Source of the DNA: an uncultured Chloroflexia bacterium
GTDB taxonomy: Bacteria; Chloroflexota; UBA6077; JACCZL01
Direction of reading: 5' to 3'
Length of the DNA stretch: 64,000 nucleotides
NCBI GenBank assembly: GCA_963765765.1
Contig: CAVXYC010000015.1
Span: forward strand, 736,001 to 800,000
Below the pieces are notes generated by a model, which saw nothing but the letters and a program-made list of their open reading frames with translations, searched no databases and was not told the origin of the DNA. Positions 32,913 through 47,025 of this stretch are shown piece by piece. How positions within the stretch are numbered: position 1 is the stretch's first letter; each line of letters starts with the position of its first letter. Position numbers and translations under genes: made by a program.

Positions 32913-34156
32913 TCAACGGTGGGCTCTGCAACGCTCCGGCTATGCGCGGGCCGCCGCCGATCGCGCGGCTTTGGAACGGCGACGGTTCATCGCGCAGATA
33001 GGTCGGATCGGGCACCACGGACAGCGGGATCCGCGCGATCCGAGCCAGAAGCCCGGCGACTCGATGCGGCTGGCTCGCGGCAAGTTCGAGGCGCTCGGAG
33101 CGGACGTTGCTCTCTTGCACGATCCGGCTCTCGGCGAATCCGCCGACCACCAGCGCGGTGCGGCCGGTGCCGGCCAGCAAGTTCGCGGTGAGCGTCACCG
33201 ATTCGGTCGCACTCGGGACTGACAGGAATGCTCCGCCCGGACGCGTGATCACGATCGTGTTGTGGACCATCTCGAAGGCGTTGGCGCGCCACTTGAACCC
33301 TTCGGCGCCGTACGCGATGGCCGTATCGTTCTCGGCCTTCGGGCCTTTGTGGAAGAGGTTGCCGCGCAGGTAGACGGACGCCGCCGTTCGGGAAGTCGGC
33401 CAGATAGCTCGAGGTCCCGGTGGGCCCGTCCATGAAGTAGCTGTTCTCGACGCGGGTCTCCTTGGCGCGGCTCTTGAAGTTGTGGCCGACCTTGGCCTCG
33501 TGGAAGAAGCTGTCGATCACCGTCAGCCGGTCGACGTCGCCGACGTAGAGGTTGTGCGAATAGCCGTCGCCGTGACCGTTGCGGGCGAACTCGGAGCGCT
33601 CGATCGCGATCGTCGACGCCGGCCTGTCCTCCGAGGATCCCGTTCTCGTTGTCGAAGAAGCCGCTGTTGCGAATGACGAGGCGGCCGCGGTGTTCGGCGC
33701 GGATGCCGGCGCCGTTTCGATCGGGCACTTTGACGCCGTGGAACTCGATGCCGTCGATCTCGACGTCGGGCCCGGCGATGACCCAGAGCGCCTTGGCCTG
33801 CGCACTGCGGCCGTCGGCAAAGAGCCGGGCTCTGCCGCCGACACTGCAGATCGTCAAGCGATCGCGGTCCACGTCGCCACGTCGCCGCGGTAGTCGCCCG
33901 CCGAGATGCGGACAACGTCGCCGGCGGGCGCTGCCTGTGGCTGCGGCGCTCGGTGTCGGCAGCGCCTTTCCCGGACCGACCTCGAGGACGCGTGCCTGGC
34001 CGGTCGCAACCCGTCGCGCTCGGACGTGCCCCGCGTTGACGCATCAGCGACCGGCTGCTGAAGCGGCGCACGCCCAAGCACAAGGCCACGTGCCATCGCC
34101 GCTCGACGACGGTCCTGGGCCTGCAGCGCGACGAGCCTCGCAGCGCTCACATGCAT
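32913..34156 (-). CDS. Putative secreted right-handed beta-helix (pectin-lyase-like) protein (frameshifted; ends approximate)
   Basis: GDVVRISAGDY, VPDRNGAGIR, DNENGIL, GDGYSHNLYVG, GHNFKSRA and SYLADFPNGG. Confidence 0.65.
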
Positions 34157-34219
34157 GTCCCAGTCGGCGGTCGCTCGTTCGCGCAGGCGCCGCGAGCGCC
34201 GGTCGACTCTCAGACGGAC

Positions 34220-34297
34220 TCAGTGCATGAAGAAATAGACGACGACCAGGACGATGGCGGGGATGCCGAGCAGCCAACCCAATACGTACTTGCCCAT
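34220..34297 (-). CDS. 25-aa single-TM small protein MGKYVLGWLLGIPAIVLVVVYFFMH
   Basis: AGGAGA RBS, ATG at 34297, TGA at 34220, GC3-rich codons. Below the ORF-track size cutoff. Confidence 0.7.
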   Translation of the reverse strand: MGKYVLGWLLGIPAIVLVVVYFFMH

Positions 34298-34462
34298 GAC
34301 GTTCTCCTGAAGATGAGGGCTTCAGGCTAAGCTCGGCTGACGCGCACGCGCGCAAGACGCGACAAGAGAGCGTCTGTAGGCGGTTGCCGCACCGATCGTC
34401 GGGTGACGCTTCGGGACTCGGGTCGTCGCGCCGAATGTCACGTCCGCGCCGCGGTTGCGAGA

Positions 34463-35348
34463 TCAGGGCGCAGCCATCGCGCGCTCGATCGCGTGCCCCA
34501 TCGCCTCGCCCAGACGCACCGCGCCGCCGGCGACCCACTTCGGATGGAACTGGTGAAAGCTCGCCGGAAACAGCAGCACGACGGTCGAGCCGAGCAGGAA
34601 GCGGCCCATCTCCTCGCCCTGCTTCAGCACGACTCGGCCGGTCGTCGTAGCGTCCACTCGCGCAGGCGGCCGCGCGCGCGGCGCATTGACGACGCCGTGC
34701 CACACCGTCGCCATGCTGCCGACGATGGTCGCGCCGACGAGCACCAGCACGAACGGGCCGCGGCTCGACTCGAACACGCAGACGACGCGCTCGTTGCGCG
34801 CGAACAGGCCCGGCACGCCGCGCGCGGTGACCGGGTTGACCGAGAACAGGTCGCCCGGGCACGTAGATCATCCGCGTCAGCGCGCCGTCGCACGGCATGT
34901 GGATGCGGTGGTAGTCGCTGCGGGCTCAGGTAGAGCGTCGCGAAGAGGCCGCTGCTCGAAGCGCGCGGCCAGCGCCGCATCGCCGCCGACCAGCGCGGTG
35001 GTCGTGTAGTGGTGGCCCTTGGCCTGGAAGATCTGGTCGCGGTCGATCGAGCCGAACTGGCTGATCGCGCCGTCGACCGGGCAGATCAGCTCGGCTGCTG
35101 CGAGCGGTCGCGCGCCCGGCTTCAGCGCCCGCGGTGAAGAAGTCGTTGAAGGTCGCGTAGCTGGCCGGATGTCGGGATCGACCGCCTCGCTCATGTCGAC
35201 GCCGTAGTCGCGCGACGAACCAGCGGATCAGGCGCGTCGTCGACGGACCGCGGCGCGCCGAGGCGACGCGGCCGGCGAACGATGTCATCGCCTGCTTCGG
35301 CAGCGCGTACTGGAGGCGCGCAGCGGCGCGGTCAGGGACTCTCGGCAT
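34463..35348 (-). CDS. psd: Phosphatidylserine decarboxylase (frameshifted)
   Basis: LQYALPKQ, CPVDG, QAKGH, DYHRIHMP, FARNER, VGATIVGS and FLLGST cleavage motif. Confidence 0.9.
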
Positions 35349-35445
35349 CGTTCGGATGCGGCAGGCTTCAGGCCGAAGGAGTCGGTCGCCCGGAAGCGTG
35401 CTGCGAACGCGCGCATGCGCGGCGCTCGCCCCATCGACCTCATGC

Positions 35446-36329
35446 TCACGCGCGACCGGCGGCCGATGCGATGCCGGCCACGAAGCGCGGCCACAGCGCC
35501 GACCGGCAGGTCGTGGCCCATGCCGTGGATCGACGTCGAGCTCGGCACCCGGAATCTTCGCGGCGAGGTCGCGGCCCGGCCGCGAGCGGGACCAGCGGAT
35601 CGGCGGCGCCGTGGATGATCTGGGTCGGCACGCGGATCTGCGCGACCAGCGGCGAACGGTCGCCGTCGGCCGCGATCGCGACCATCTGCCGTGCCGTGCC
35701 GGCCGGCCGGTACGACCGCCGAACCGAGATCTGAAGTCGGCTGCGGACATAGCCTCGGCCGGCGGGTAGCCGGGGCTGCCGATCAGCCGGTAGAGCCCGA
35801 CGTAGTGCGCGATGACCGACTCGACATCGCGTCGGATCCTTCGGCCGCGCCAGCATGCGCGCCGCGCACTTTCAGCGACGGCCCCGGCAGCCTGCGCGCG
35901 CCGGTGCTCGTCATCATCAGGGTCAGGCTCTTCACGCGATCGGGATGAGCGCACGGCGATCTGCTGCGCGATCATCCCGCCCATCGATGCGCCGCAGATG
36001 TGCGCCTTCGGATGCCGAGCGCGTCGAGGATGCCGACGCTGTCGGCGGCCATGTCGGCCAGCGTGTAGGGGCTCGAGACCCGCATGCCGAGCGCGAAGCG
36101 CAGCATGTCGAGCCGAGCTTCGGCGCGCCGAAGCGATCGAAGCTCTGCTCAGGCCGATGTCGCGGTTGTCGAAGCGGATGACCCGGAAGCCGCGCTGCAC
36201 CAGGCTCTCGACGAAGCCTCGTGCCAGCCACCAGCTGCATGCCGAGGCCCATGATGAGCAGCAGCGGCTCGCCTTGCGGCGGGCCGTGGTCCTCGACCTC
36301 GAGCGGACGCCGTTGGCGGAGATCTTCAT
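35446..36329 (-). CDS. Alpha/beta hydrolase (frameshifted)
   Basis: IMGLGMQL, FDNRDIGLS, GASMGG, IHGAADPLV and GMGHDLP. Confidence 0.8.
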
Positions 36330-37181
36330 CAGGCTGCGCGCCTCAGCCGCCGCGCGGCGCGGCGCGCGGTCCGGAAGAACCAGCGACGCGCAGCCCGCGC
36401 ACTCGAACGGCTGCCAGCGCGCCGGCGGCTGCGCCAGGCGGTCGGCGACGGCGTACAGCGCCAGCGGGTTCATGCCCATGCCGACATGGCTGGCCGGCAC
36501 CTCGATGTTCTCGGCGGTCGGCCGGGTTCGTTGAGACTGCAGCGCCAGGCGACGATGCCGTCGGTGCGCGAATAGATCGAGGTCGTCGGCACCGGCGGCG
36601 GCCGTGCGCATGCGCCATCAGCCGCCTCATCGCCGACGCTCGCCGCTGAGGAACTCGTAGAGGCGCCAGGCATTGGTCGCCTTCGGGTGGCCGGGAAGGG
36701 CGTGCCGAGGGTCACGACGCAGCGCGTCTGCGCCGGGTGCAGCTTGGCCATCTCGCGCGCATAGAGCCCGCCGAGGCTCCAGCCGATCAGGCTGACCGGT
36801 TGGCCATGGCGGTCGGCGCAGCGCTTTCACGTCGTCGGCGCAGCGCTCAGCACGCCGCGCGCGGCCCGAAGTTGAAGCCCTGGCCCCAGGCTGCGGCGAC
36901 GTAGCCGAGGCGGCGCAGGAAGCGGCGCAGCGGAACGTCGTCAGGTCGTTCGCGCCCATGCCCGGGAAGACCATCACCGGATGGCCGTCGCCGCGCGGCA
37001 GCGCGCCGCAACCACGGCATCGCCGCGAGCAGCGAGGCGAACTCGAGCGGCGCCCGGCCCTCGAGCAGCATGAGCAGAGGACTGGGCGCCGCGTGACGCG
37101 CACGCGGCGCTGCGGCGGGAGCGACGACGTGGTCTGTGGAGCGGTGGCAATTCGCGGGCGTCGCGGCGGGGCTGCGGCCAT
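36329..37181 (-). CDS. Alpha/beta hydrolase (lipase-like; frameshifted)
   Basis: GDGHPVMVFPG, GWSLGG, TLGTPF, YSRTDGIV and ASHVGMG. Confidence 0.75.
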
Positions 37182-37242
37182 GGTAGCGGCGGGCGTGCGA
37201 CGCGAGCTCGCCCCCGGAGCGCGTTTCAGGACAGCGCCGCGA

Positions 37243-38120
37243 TCAGCCGCGCTGGCGCAGCGCCAGCGCCTCGTTGGCCGCGAGGGCGGCGATCACCAGC
37301 GGGCCGCCGCCGAGCACGTGCCGGCCGGCGCCTCGTTGCCGCCGAGCCAGGCCCAGGCCACGCCGAAGACGATCTCCAGCAGGGCGAGCAGCGCCGCCTC
37401 GGGCGCACTCAAGGACGCGCGCCGCGGCGACCGACAGCAGGCACGGGATCGCCAGCTGGCCGACGCCGAGCAGCGCCAGCAGGCCGATGTCGTGCGGCGA
37501 GCCGCGAACGGCAGCGCCAGCGGCAGGGTCAGCAGCGCCGACAGCAGCGCGCCGATGCAGCACCGCGGGCAGCAGGTCGCGCGCCGGCCGGGCCGCGCTG
37601 TGCTGGATCACCGACCAGTTGATCGCGGCGGCGACCGGAACGCCGAGCGCGACCACGCTGCCGGCGACATGGCGCGGATCGCCGCGCCGACCTCGTTCGC
37701 GTACATCCAGGCAATGCCGATGCCGGCGACGGCGATCGCGACCCAGGTGCGGGTCGGCAGCCGATGGCCGAGCACGACGCGCGCGATCAGCGCCGTCAGC
37801 AGCGGCGCCAGCGCCATCGTCACCAGCACGTTGGCGACGCGGGTCAGGGTCAGCGCGACCATGAAGGCGGTGAACATCACGACCAGCACACGCCCGAGAT
37901 CCAGAGCGTCGCGCCGCCGCTCGCGAGATCGACTGCCAGACGCGCGCGGAGCCGCGCAGCCAGCCGGCAGCAGCACGATCAGGGCGAGCGGCATTGAAGA
38001 AGCTGCGCCAGAAGGTGACCTCGAAGCTGCGCGCCGACTCGAGATGGCGCGTCACGACGCCGGCAATGCTCCAGAGCAGCGTCGCGACCAGCATCGTCAG
38101 CACGGCGAGCCGTGGCTCAT
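37243..38120 (-). CDS. DMT/EamA transporter (frameshifted)
   Basis: LLWSIAGVVTRHL, FEVTFWRS and GQLAIPC. Confidence 0.75.
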
Positions 38121-38169
38121 CGGCCGACTGGCGCGCCGGATGCGGCTCGTCGCGGATGCGCGCGTCGGC

Positions 38170-39603
38170 TCGTAGTCGCCGCCCGCGCTGCCCGGCGCGA
38201 GGTTGTCGAACTTGGTCAGCGGCTTCAGGAAGGTCAGCTTGACCGTGCCGGTCGGGCCGTTGCGCTGCTTGCCGATGATGATCTCGGCGACGCCCGGCTC
38301 CTTGCGGCGTCCTTGTTGTAGTACTCGTCGCGGTAGATGAACATGATGACGTCGGCGTCCTGCTCGATGGCGCCCGACTCGCGCAGGTCGCTCATCATCG
38401 GCCGCTTGTCGGTGCGCGATCTCGACGCTGCGGTTGAGCTGCGACAGCGCGATCACCGGGCACTTGAGCTCCTTGGCCAGCGACTTGAGGCCGCGCGAGA
38501 TCTCGCCGATCTCGGTGGCGCGGTTCTCGTCGCTGGTGCCGCCGCTGCCGCTCATCAGCTGCAGGTAGTCGACCACGATCAGGCCGAGCTGGCCGCACTG
38601 GCGCGCCTGGCGCCGCGCCCTGGCGCGCAGCTCGCTCGGCGTCAGCGCCGGGCTCTCGTCGATGAAGAGGCTGACCTTGCCGAGCTTCTCGATCGCCTCG
38701 GTCAGGCGCCCCCATTCGTCGTCGCTCAGCTCGCCGGTGCGCAGGTGCTGCTGGTCGATGCGGCCGAGCGAGCCGACCATCCGCAGCGCCAGCTGCGAGG
38801 CGCCCATTTCCATCGAGAACACGGCGACCGGCAGGCCTTCGCTGCACCGCGACGTGCTCGGCGATGTTGAGCGCGAACGCGGTCTTGCCCATCGACGGGC
38901 GCGCCGCCAGCACGATCAGGTCGCCCGGCTGCAGGCCGGCGGTCATGCGGTCGAGGTCGTAGAAGCCGGTGCGCACGCCGGTGACGTCCTCGGCGCCGTT
39001 CTCGTGCAGCTCGTTGACGCGGTCGATCAGCTGCACGACGAGCTGGTCCATGCTCTGGAAGCCCTGGCGCGTGCGCGAGCCTTCCTCGCCGATGTTGAAG
39101 ATCTTGCCCTCGGCCTCGTCGAGGATCTGCGAGACCGGCCGGCCCTGCGGGTTGAAGGCGTTGGTGGCGATCTCGTCGCTCGCCGCGACCAGCTTGCGCA
39201 GCACCGCGCGCTCGCGCACGATCTCGGCATAGCGGCGGATGTTGGCCGCGCTCGGCACGCTCTGCGCCAGCGCATTCAGGTAGACCAGGCCGCCGCACTC
39301 GTCGGCCTTGCCGAGGCTCTGCAGCTGCTCGAAGACGGTGATCACGTCGGCCGGCTTGGTGCGCGTTGACCAGCGCCGCCGATCGCCGCGTAGATCAGCC
39401 GGTGCTCGTAGCGGTAGAAGTCGCTGTCGGTGAGCAGGTCGCCGGCGCGGTCCCAGGCGCTGTTGTCGAGCAGCAGGCCGCCGAGCACGCTCTGCTCGGC
39501 CTCGATCGAGTGCGGCGGGATCGCGCAGCTGCGCGACCTCGTCGTCGGCGCGGACGGCGATCGGGAGTTCGCGAGACGGTGAAGACGGCAGATCATTGGA
39601 CAT
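38170..39603 (-). CDS. dnaB: Replicative DNA helicase (frameshifted)
   Basis: [35 protein letters not shown] and KQRNGPTG. Confidence 0.95.
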
Positions 39604-39640
39604 CGACAGATCATGATGTCGCGGCACGCTCGGCGACGCC

Positions 39641-39672
39641 TGTGGACAAGCCTGTGGACATCCGGTGGACGG
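39641..39672. promoter_or_regulatory. Tandem DnaA boxes upstream of dnaB
   Basis: TGTGGACAA(39641) and TGTGGACAT(39653), plus degenerate GGTGGACGG(39664). Confidence 0.6.
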
Positions 39673-39698
39673 CACGGTGCAAATGCGCGGCCAGCAAT

Positions 39699-39726
39699 GA
39701 AAAGGGCCGGCAGAAGCCGGCCCTTC
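39699..39726 (-). terminator. Intrinsic terminator after rplI
   Basis: AAGGGCCGGC-TTCT-GCCGGCCCTT ending in a short T run on the minus strand. Confidence 0.75.
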
Positions 39727-39748
39727 GAGCGTCACGCGTGATCGCGGC

Positions 39749-40202
39749 TCAGGTCGATTTCGCCGAGCACGACCACCTTGACGTCGACGACCACGTCGGT
39801 GTGCGGCGACGACCGTCACGGTGTGCTCGCCGACGGTCTTCATCGGGCCGTTGGGCATGCGCACCTGCGCCTTCGCGACCTTGAAGCGATGCTGTTCAGC
39901 GCATCGGCGATGTCGGCGTTGGTGACCGAGCCGAACAGGCGGCCGTCGACGCCGGCCTTCTGCGTGATGTGCACCGTGCTGCCGTTCAGCTTCTCGCCCA
40001 GCGCCTGCGCCGCTGCCAGCTTGGCGGCGGCGGCCTTCTCGAGCTCGGCGCGCTTGGCTTCGAACTCCTTGATCGCCGCCTCGGTGGCGCGGCGCGCGGC
40101 GCGGGTCGGGATCAGGAAGTTGCGGGCGTAGCCGTCCTTGACCTTGACGACGTCGCCGAGGTTGCCGAGGTTGGCGACCTTTTCCAGCAGGATGACTTGC
40201 AT
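39749..40202 (-). CDS. rplI: 50S ribosomal protein L9
   Basis: [20 protein letters not shown] and GRLFGSVT. Confidence 0.95.
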
Positions 40203-40213
40203 GGCGTGGCTCC

Positions 40214-40504
40214 TCAGATCTGGTGCTGGTCGCTGTACGGCAGCATCGCCAGGAAGCGCGCGCGCTTGATGGAGGTGGTCAGCTGGCGCTGGAAGAACGC
40301 GCGCGTGCCGGTCAGGCGGGCCGGCGTGATCTTGCCGTTCTCGCCGATGAAATCGCGCAGCGTGTCGACGTCCTTGTAGTCGATTTCCTTGACGCCGGTG
40401 ACGGTGAAGCGGCAGAAGCGCTTGCGCCGGAACAGCAGCGACTGGGTGTTGCGCTTGGGCTTGCGGTCCTTGTTGAACCGGCCTTTACCACGTGGCGGGG
40501 GCAT
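40214..40504 (-). CDS. rpsR: 30S ribosomal protein S18
   Basis: [10 protein letters not shown]...[15 protein letters not shown] and ARFLAMLPY. Confidence 0.95.
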   Translation of the reverse strand: MPPPRGKGRFNKDRKPKRNTQSLLFRRKRFCRFTVTGVKEIDYKDVDTLRDFIGENGKITPARLTGTRAFFQRQLTTSIKRARFLAMLPYSDQHQI

Positions 40505-40568
40505 GTTGCACCTCTCTTGAATGCGATCCGGATCGGGATGCGGATTTCGAACAAACAGCGAGTCGAGG

Positions 40569-40852
40569 TCAGTCGAGCTCGGTGACATGGAAGACGATGC
40601 CGCGACCGTTGCGCTGCGAACCGAGGAAGCCGGCGAAGCCGTGGCTGCTTCCGAGCTCCGCCTGCGCCAGCCGCTGCGGTGATCACCCCGAGGGCCCGCG
40701 CCTTGATCTCGACCGAGACCTGGCGGGGCTGGCCTTCCTGCGTGACCTCGCGATTCGTGCTTGAGGCTCAAATCGAGGGCCGGAAGGCCGGCCGGGGTGT
40801 ACCGCAAGGCGCCTCGCTCGACCAGCTGCGCCTGCAGAACCAGCCGGTTCAT
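40569..40852 (-). CDS. priB: Primosomal protein PriB
   Basis: [15 protein letters not shown]; located between rpsF and rpsR. Confidence 0.9.
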
Positions 40853-40890
40853 CGGCGCGCCGGCGAGCCGACTGCGCATCGGCGCGTACG

Positions 40891-41258
40891 TCAGGCCGCG
40901 GCCTCCTGCTTGCTGCGGCGCCTTGCGGGCTTCTTCGCGCTCGACCGTCTTCATCATCACCGACGGCGGTCTCGGCCTTGCTCTTCTGCACCGTCAGGTG
41001 GCGCAGCACGGCGTCGTTGAAGCGGAAGCCGGTCTCGAGCTCGGCCAGCACCTCGGTGCTGCACTCGATGTTGATGCACAGGTAGTGGGCCTTGGCGAGC
41101 TTCTGGATCAGGTAGGCCATCTGGCGACGACCCCAGTCCTCGACCCGGTGCACCTTGCCGCCGCCGGCGGTGATCATGCCCTTGTAGCGTTCCAGCATGG
41201 CCGGAACCTGTTCGCTCTGATCCGGATGGATCAGCAGCACGATTTCATAATGACGCAT
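40891..41258 (-). CDS. rpsF: 30S ribosomal protein S6
   Basis: [21 protein letters not shown] and EDWGRR. Confidence 0.95.
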
Positions 41259-41259
41259 G

Positions 41260-41363
41260 GACTCTCCTTGTGGGTTCCGTCGCGGCCGCCGGAATCGGTC
41301 GCCATCGAACGAGGAAGCCGCCTCCAGCGTCCAGCGGAGGCGGCAAGGTAACCCGGCATTATA
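41260..41363 (-). promoter_or_regulatory. rpsF promoter (-10) and S6:S18-type autoregulatory leader
   Basis: TATAAT at 41363-41358. CCTTG can pair with CAAGG of the Shine-Dalgarno, with CCC adjacent; internal GCCGCCTCC/GGAGGCGGC hairpin. Confidence 0.55.
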
Positions 41364-41384
41364 GCCCGGGTCGACTCTCGGTCG

Positions 41385-43990
<2,606 letters not shown>

Positions 43991-44016
43991 GGGGAAATCC
44001 TCCGATTGCGAAGCGA

Positions 44017-44044
44017 ACATGGGCGTCCGACCGCCGTTTTCAAG
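44017..44044 (-). promoter_or_regulatory. Sigma-32 (RpoH) promoter of clpB
   Basis: CTTGAAAA-N13-CCCATGT on the minus strand. Confidence 0.75.
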
Positions 44045-44066
44045 TCGGCCGGACGCGGCGCCGGTC

Positions 44067-44080
44067 TTGATCCAGATCAG
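44067..44080. promoter_or_regulatory. FNR/CRP-family box candidate
   Basis: TTGAT-CCAG-ATCAG, one mismatch from TTGAT-N4-ATCAA. Confidence 0.5.
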
Positions 44081-44110
44081 CAAGTTGCATGCGAGTCGCG
44101 GCGTGCCGAC

Positions 44111-44481
44111 TCAGCCGAGCGCGGCACGAGCACGAAACCGAGCGCACGCCAGGGCACCGCCGACGTGCGCCAGCGTGTGGCCGGCCGCCGAGCCCCATGC
44201 CCGCGCTGCAGCAGGATCAGCGACTCGACCGAATACGCCGAGAACGTCGTCAGGCCGCCGAGGAAGCCGGTGACGACGAGCAGGCGCATCAGCTCGTCGG
44301 GCTGCGCATCGAACCGACCAGCGCGATGCCGATCAGCAAGCCGCCGACGCAGTTGACCAGCAGCGTGCCGAGCGGAAAGCCGTGCCATGCGGCGTTCAGC
44401 CACAGGCCGGCGAGCCAGCGCACAGGCGCCGACAGCGGCACCGGCGCTGACCGCAGGACCTGCGCCCAGCGTCGGCGTCAA
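44111..44481 (-). CDS. crcB: Fluoride exporter CrcB/FluC (frameshifted)
   Basis: FPLGTLLVNC and TGFLGGLTTFSAYS. Confidence 0.9.
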
Positions 44482-44494
44482 GCGGCGGCCCTGC

Positions 44495-44983
44495 TCAGCC
44501 GGCGTTGCCGCCGGCGATGCCCCAGCGCGCCAGCGCCGCGTCGTCGCCGCGCGGGCATCGACCCAGCGCGCGCCGTCGGGCGTGTGCTCCTTCTTCCAGA
44601 ACGGCGCCTGCGTCTTCAGGTAGTCCATCAGGAACTCGCAGGCCTGGAAGGCCTTGCCGCGGTGCGCGGAGGTGACGGCCACCATCACGATCTGGTCCAG
44701 CGGCTGCAGCAGGCCGACGCGATGGATCACGCGCGCGCCGCAGATGTCGAAGCGGCGCTGCGCCTCGTCGATCATGGCCTCGATGGCCTTCTCGGTCATG
44801 CCGGGGTAGTGCTCGAGCTCCATGCTGACGCACGGGCGCCCTGGCGCCGTCGTTGCGCGTCGCGCACCGTGCCGACGAAACTGCACACCGCGCCGACGCG
44901 CTGTGTCGCTGCTCGCGCAGCGCCGCGATCTCGTCGGCGAGGTCGAAGTCGCTCGGCCTGGATGGAAACGCGCGGCGCGTCAT
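44495..44983 (-). CDS. moaE: Molybdopterin synthase large subunit
   Basis: LEHYPGMTE, HRVG, SAHR and DYLKTQAPFWKKE. Confidence 0.9.
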   Translation of the reverse strand: MTRRAFPSRPSDFDLADEIAALREQRHSASARCAVSSARCATRNDGARAPVRQHGARALPRHDREGHRGHDRRGAAPLRHLRRARDPSRRPAAAAGPDRDGGRHLRAPRQGLPGLRVPDGLPEDAGAVLEEGAHARRRALGRCPRGDDAALARWGIAGGNAG

Positions 44984-44987
44984 CGTC

Positions 44988-45243
44988 TCAGCCTCCGGTC
45001 ACCGGCGGAAAGAACGCCACTTCGCAGCCTTCGCTCAGCGGCGCGGCCTCGTCGCTCATCACCTGGTTCAGCGCCATGCGCACCGCCTTGCCGCGCGCCA
45101 GCGCCTGGCGCATAGGCGCCGCCGCGCGCGATCAGCTCGTCGCGCAGGCCGCGCCAGCGTGGCGCGCCGAGGTGTCGACGCGCTTCGCCGCCCTGCCCCA
45201 GGGCCTCGCGGATCGACGCGAAGTACGGACGGTGACGCTTCAT
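44988..45243 (-). CDS. moaD: Molybdopterin synthase sulfur carrier
   Basis: YFASIRE and C-terminal EVAFFPPVTGG. Confidence 0.9.
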
Positions 45244-46492
45244 GACAGCAGCTCCGCGAACGGAAGGAAGCGCACGGTGTCGCCGCGCGCGATGGTCTGG
45301 CCCGGCGGGGTTGTCGACCAGGCCGTCGCCCCAGACGGCCGAGGTCAGCACGCCCGAGCTCTGGTTGGGGAACAGGTCCAGCCCGCCCTGCGGCGTTGCG
45401 GCGCACGCGCAGGAACTCGCGGCGCTTGTCGGCGCGCGGCCAGTCGAAATGCGGCGGGCAGCGGCACCGGCTCGGGCGCGAGCTGCGTCGGCGCCCTGCA
45501 GCTTCAGCAGGAACGGCCGCACCAGCAGCAGGAAGGTGACGAAGCTGGACACCGGATTGCCGGGCAGGCCCGATGAAGTGCGCGTCGCGCCGACCCTGCC
45601 GTAGGCGAACGGCTTGCCGGGCTTGATCGCGATCTGCCACAGGTCGAGCGAGCCCAGCGGCTGCACGGCCGGCTTGATGTGGTCTTCCTCGCCGACCGAC
45701 ACGCCGCCGCTGGTGAGGATCAGGTCGTTGCCTGCGGCCGCGCGCGCGCAGCGCCTGCGCGGTGGCGTCGCAGCCGGTCCGGCACGATGCCGAGGTCGCT
45801 GCACCTCGCAGCCCAGGCGCCTCGAGCAGCGCCGCGCAGGAAGAAGCGGTTGGAGTTGTAGATCGCGCCCGGCTTCATCTGCGCAGGCGGCACCTCGCCG
45901 GGCATCACCAGCTCGTCGCCGGTGGAGAACAGCGCCACCCGCGGGCGGCGCGCGACCTGCAGCTGGTCGCAGGCCGATGCTGGCCGCCAGGCCGAGCGCC
46001 GGCGGGCGTCAGCCGCTCGCCCGCGCGCCAGCACCACGGCGCCGCGCTGCACGTCCTCGCCGCTGCGGCGGATCCACTGGCCCGGCGCGGGCACGGCGCA
46101 GGATGCGCACGCTGCCGTCGCCGGCGGCTTCGCGTGTCTTCCTGCATCACGACCGCGTCGGCGCCGGCGGGAATGGGCGCGCCGGTGAAGATGCGCGCCG
46201 CGCGTGCCGGGCGCCAGCGGCTGCGGCGGCCGCGCCGGCCGGAATGCGCTGGCTGACCGGCAGCGGCACGCCCTCGTCGGCGATCTCGCCGCTGCGCACC
46301 GCATAGCCGTCCATCGACGCTGTTGTCCTGCGGCGGCACCTGCAGCGCGGACACCAGGTCCTGCGGCCAGCACGCGGCCGTCGCGCGTCGAAGGTCGGAG
46401 ACCGTTTCGGTGCCGGCCAGCGGCTGCGCATGCGCCAGCAGCTCGGCCAGCGCCTCGTCCAGCGGCCGCAGCGGCGGGCGCGCAGCGTTCAT
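45240..46492 (-). CDS. moeA: Molybdopterin molybdotransferase (paralog 1)
   Basis: MDGYA, IFTGAP, FSTGDEL, SGGVSVGEED, KPGKP and LPGNPVS. Confidence 0.9.
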
Positions 46493-47022
46493 GAATACAT
46501 CTCCGGGTGGTACTCGAAGCGGTCGCCGATTGTCGAGCAGCCACTGCGCGACCGCGTCCGGATCGTTCAGATCCAGCACCGGCGCGCAGGGTGGCCTGGG
46601 CAGCTGCGCCGGCGAGTCGGTGGCGATCGCCACGATGAAATCGTCGTCGGGATAGAGCGCCGGCTTGCCCGACGTCGGCGCGCCAGACCTCGATCTTCAG
46701 CAGATTGCTGTCCTTGAAGCCCTCGACCAGCACCCAGTCGACGCCGTCGTAGAGCTCGGCGAGCAGCTGGTGCACCGTCAGCTGCGCGGGCTGCTCGAAC
46801 TCGCGGATCAGCGCCAGGCGCCGGTCGGACGCGACGACCACCTCGAAGGCGCCGGCCTCGCGGTGCCGGTACGTGTCCTTGCCCGGATGGTCGATGTCGA
46901 ATCGTGGTGCGCGTGCTTGACGACCGAGACGCGCAGGCCGCGCAGCTTGAGCGCGGGGATCAGCGCTCGACCAGCGTGGTCTTGCCCGAGCCGGAGAAAC
47001 CGGCGAAGCCGACGACTTTCAT
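46489..47022 (-). CDS. mobB: Molybdopterin-guanine dinucleotide biosynthesis protein B
   Basis: GFSGSGKTT, KHAHH and LVEGFK. Confidence 0.9.
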
Positions 47023-47025
47023 GCG

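Noticed and set aside
44111-44500. crcB within the Moco-clpB cluster, or a fluoride riboswitch
   Set aside because: This arrangement appears ordinary for Burkholderiales, and there is no intergenic room for the riboswitch.
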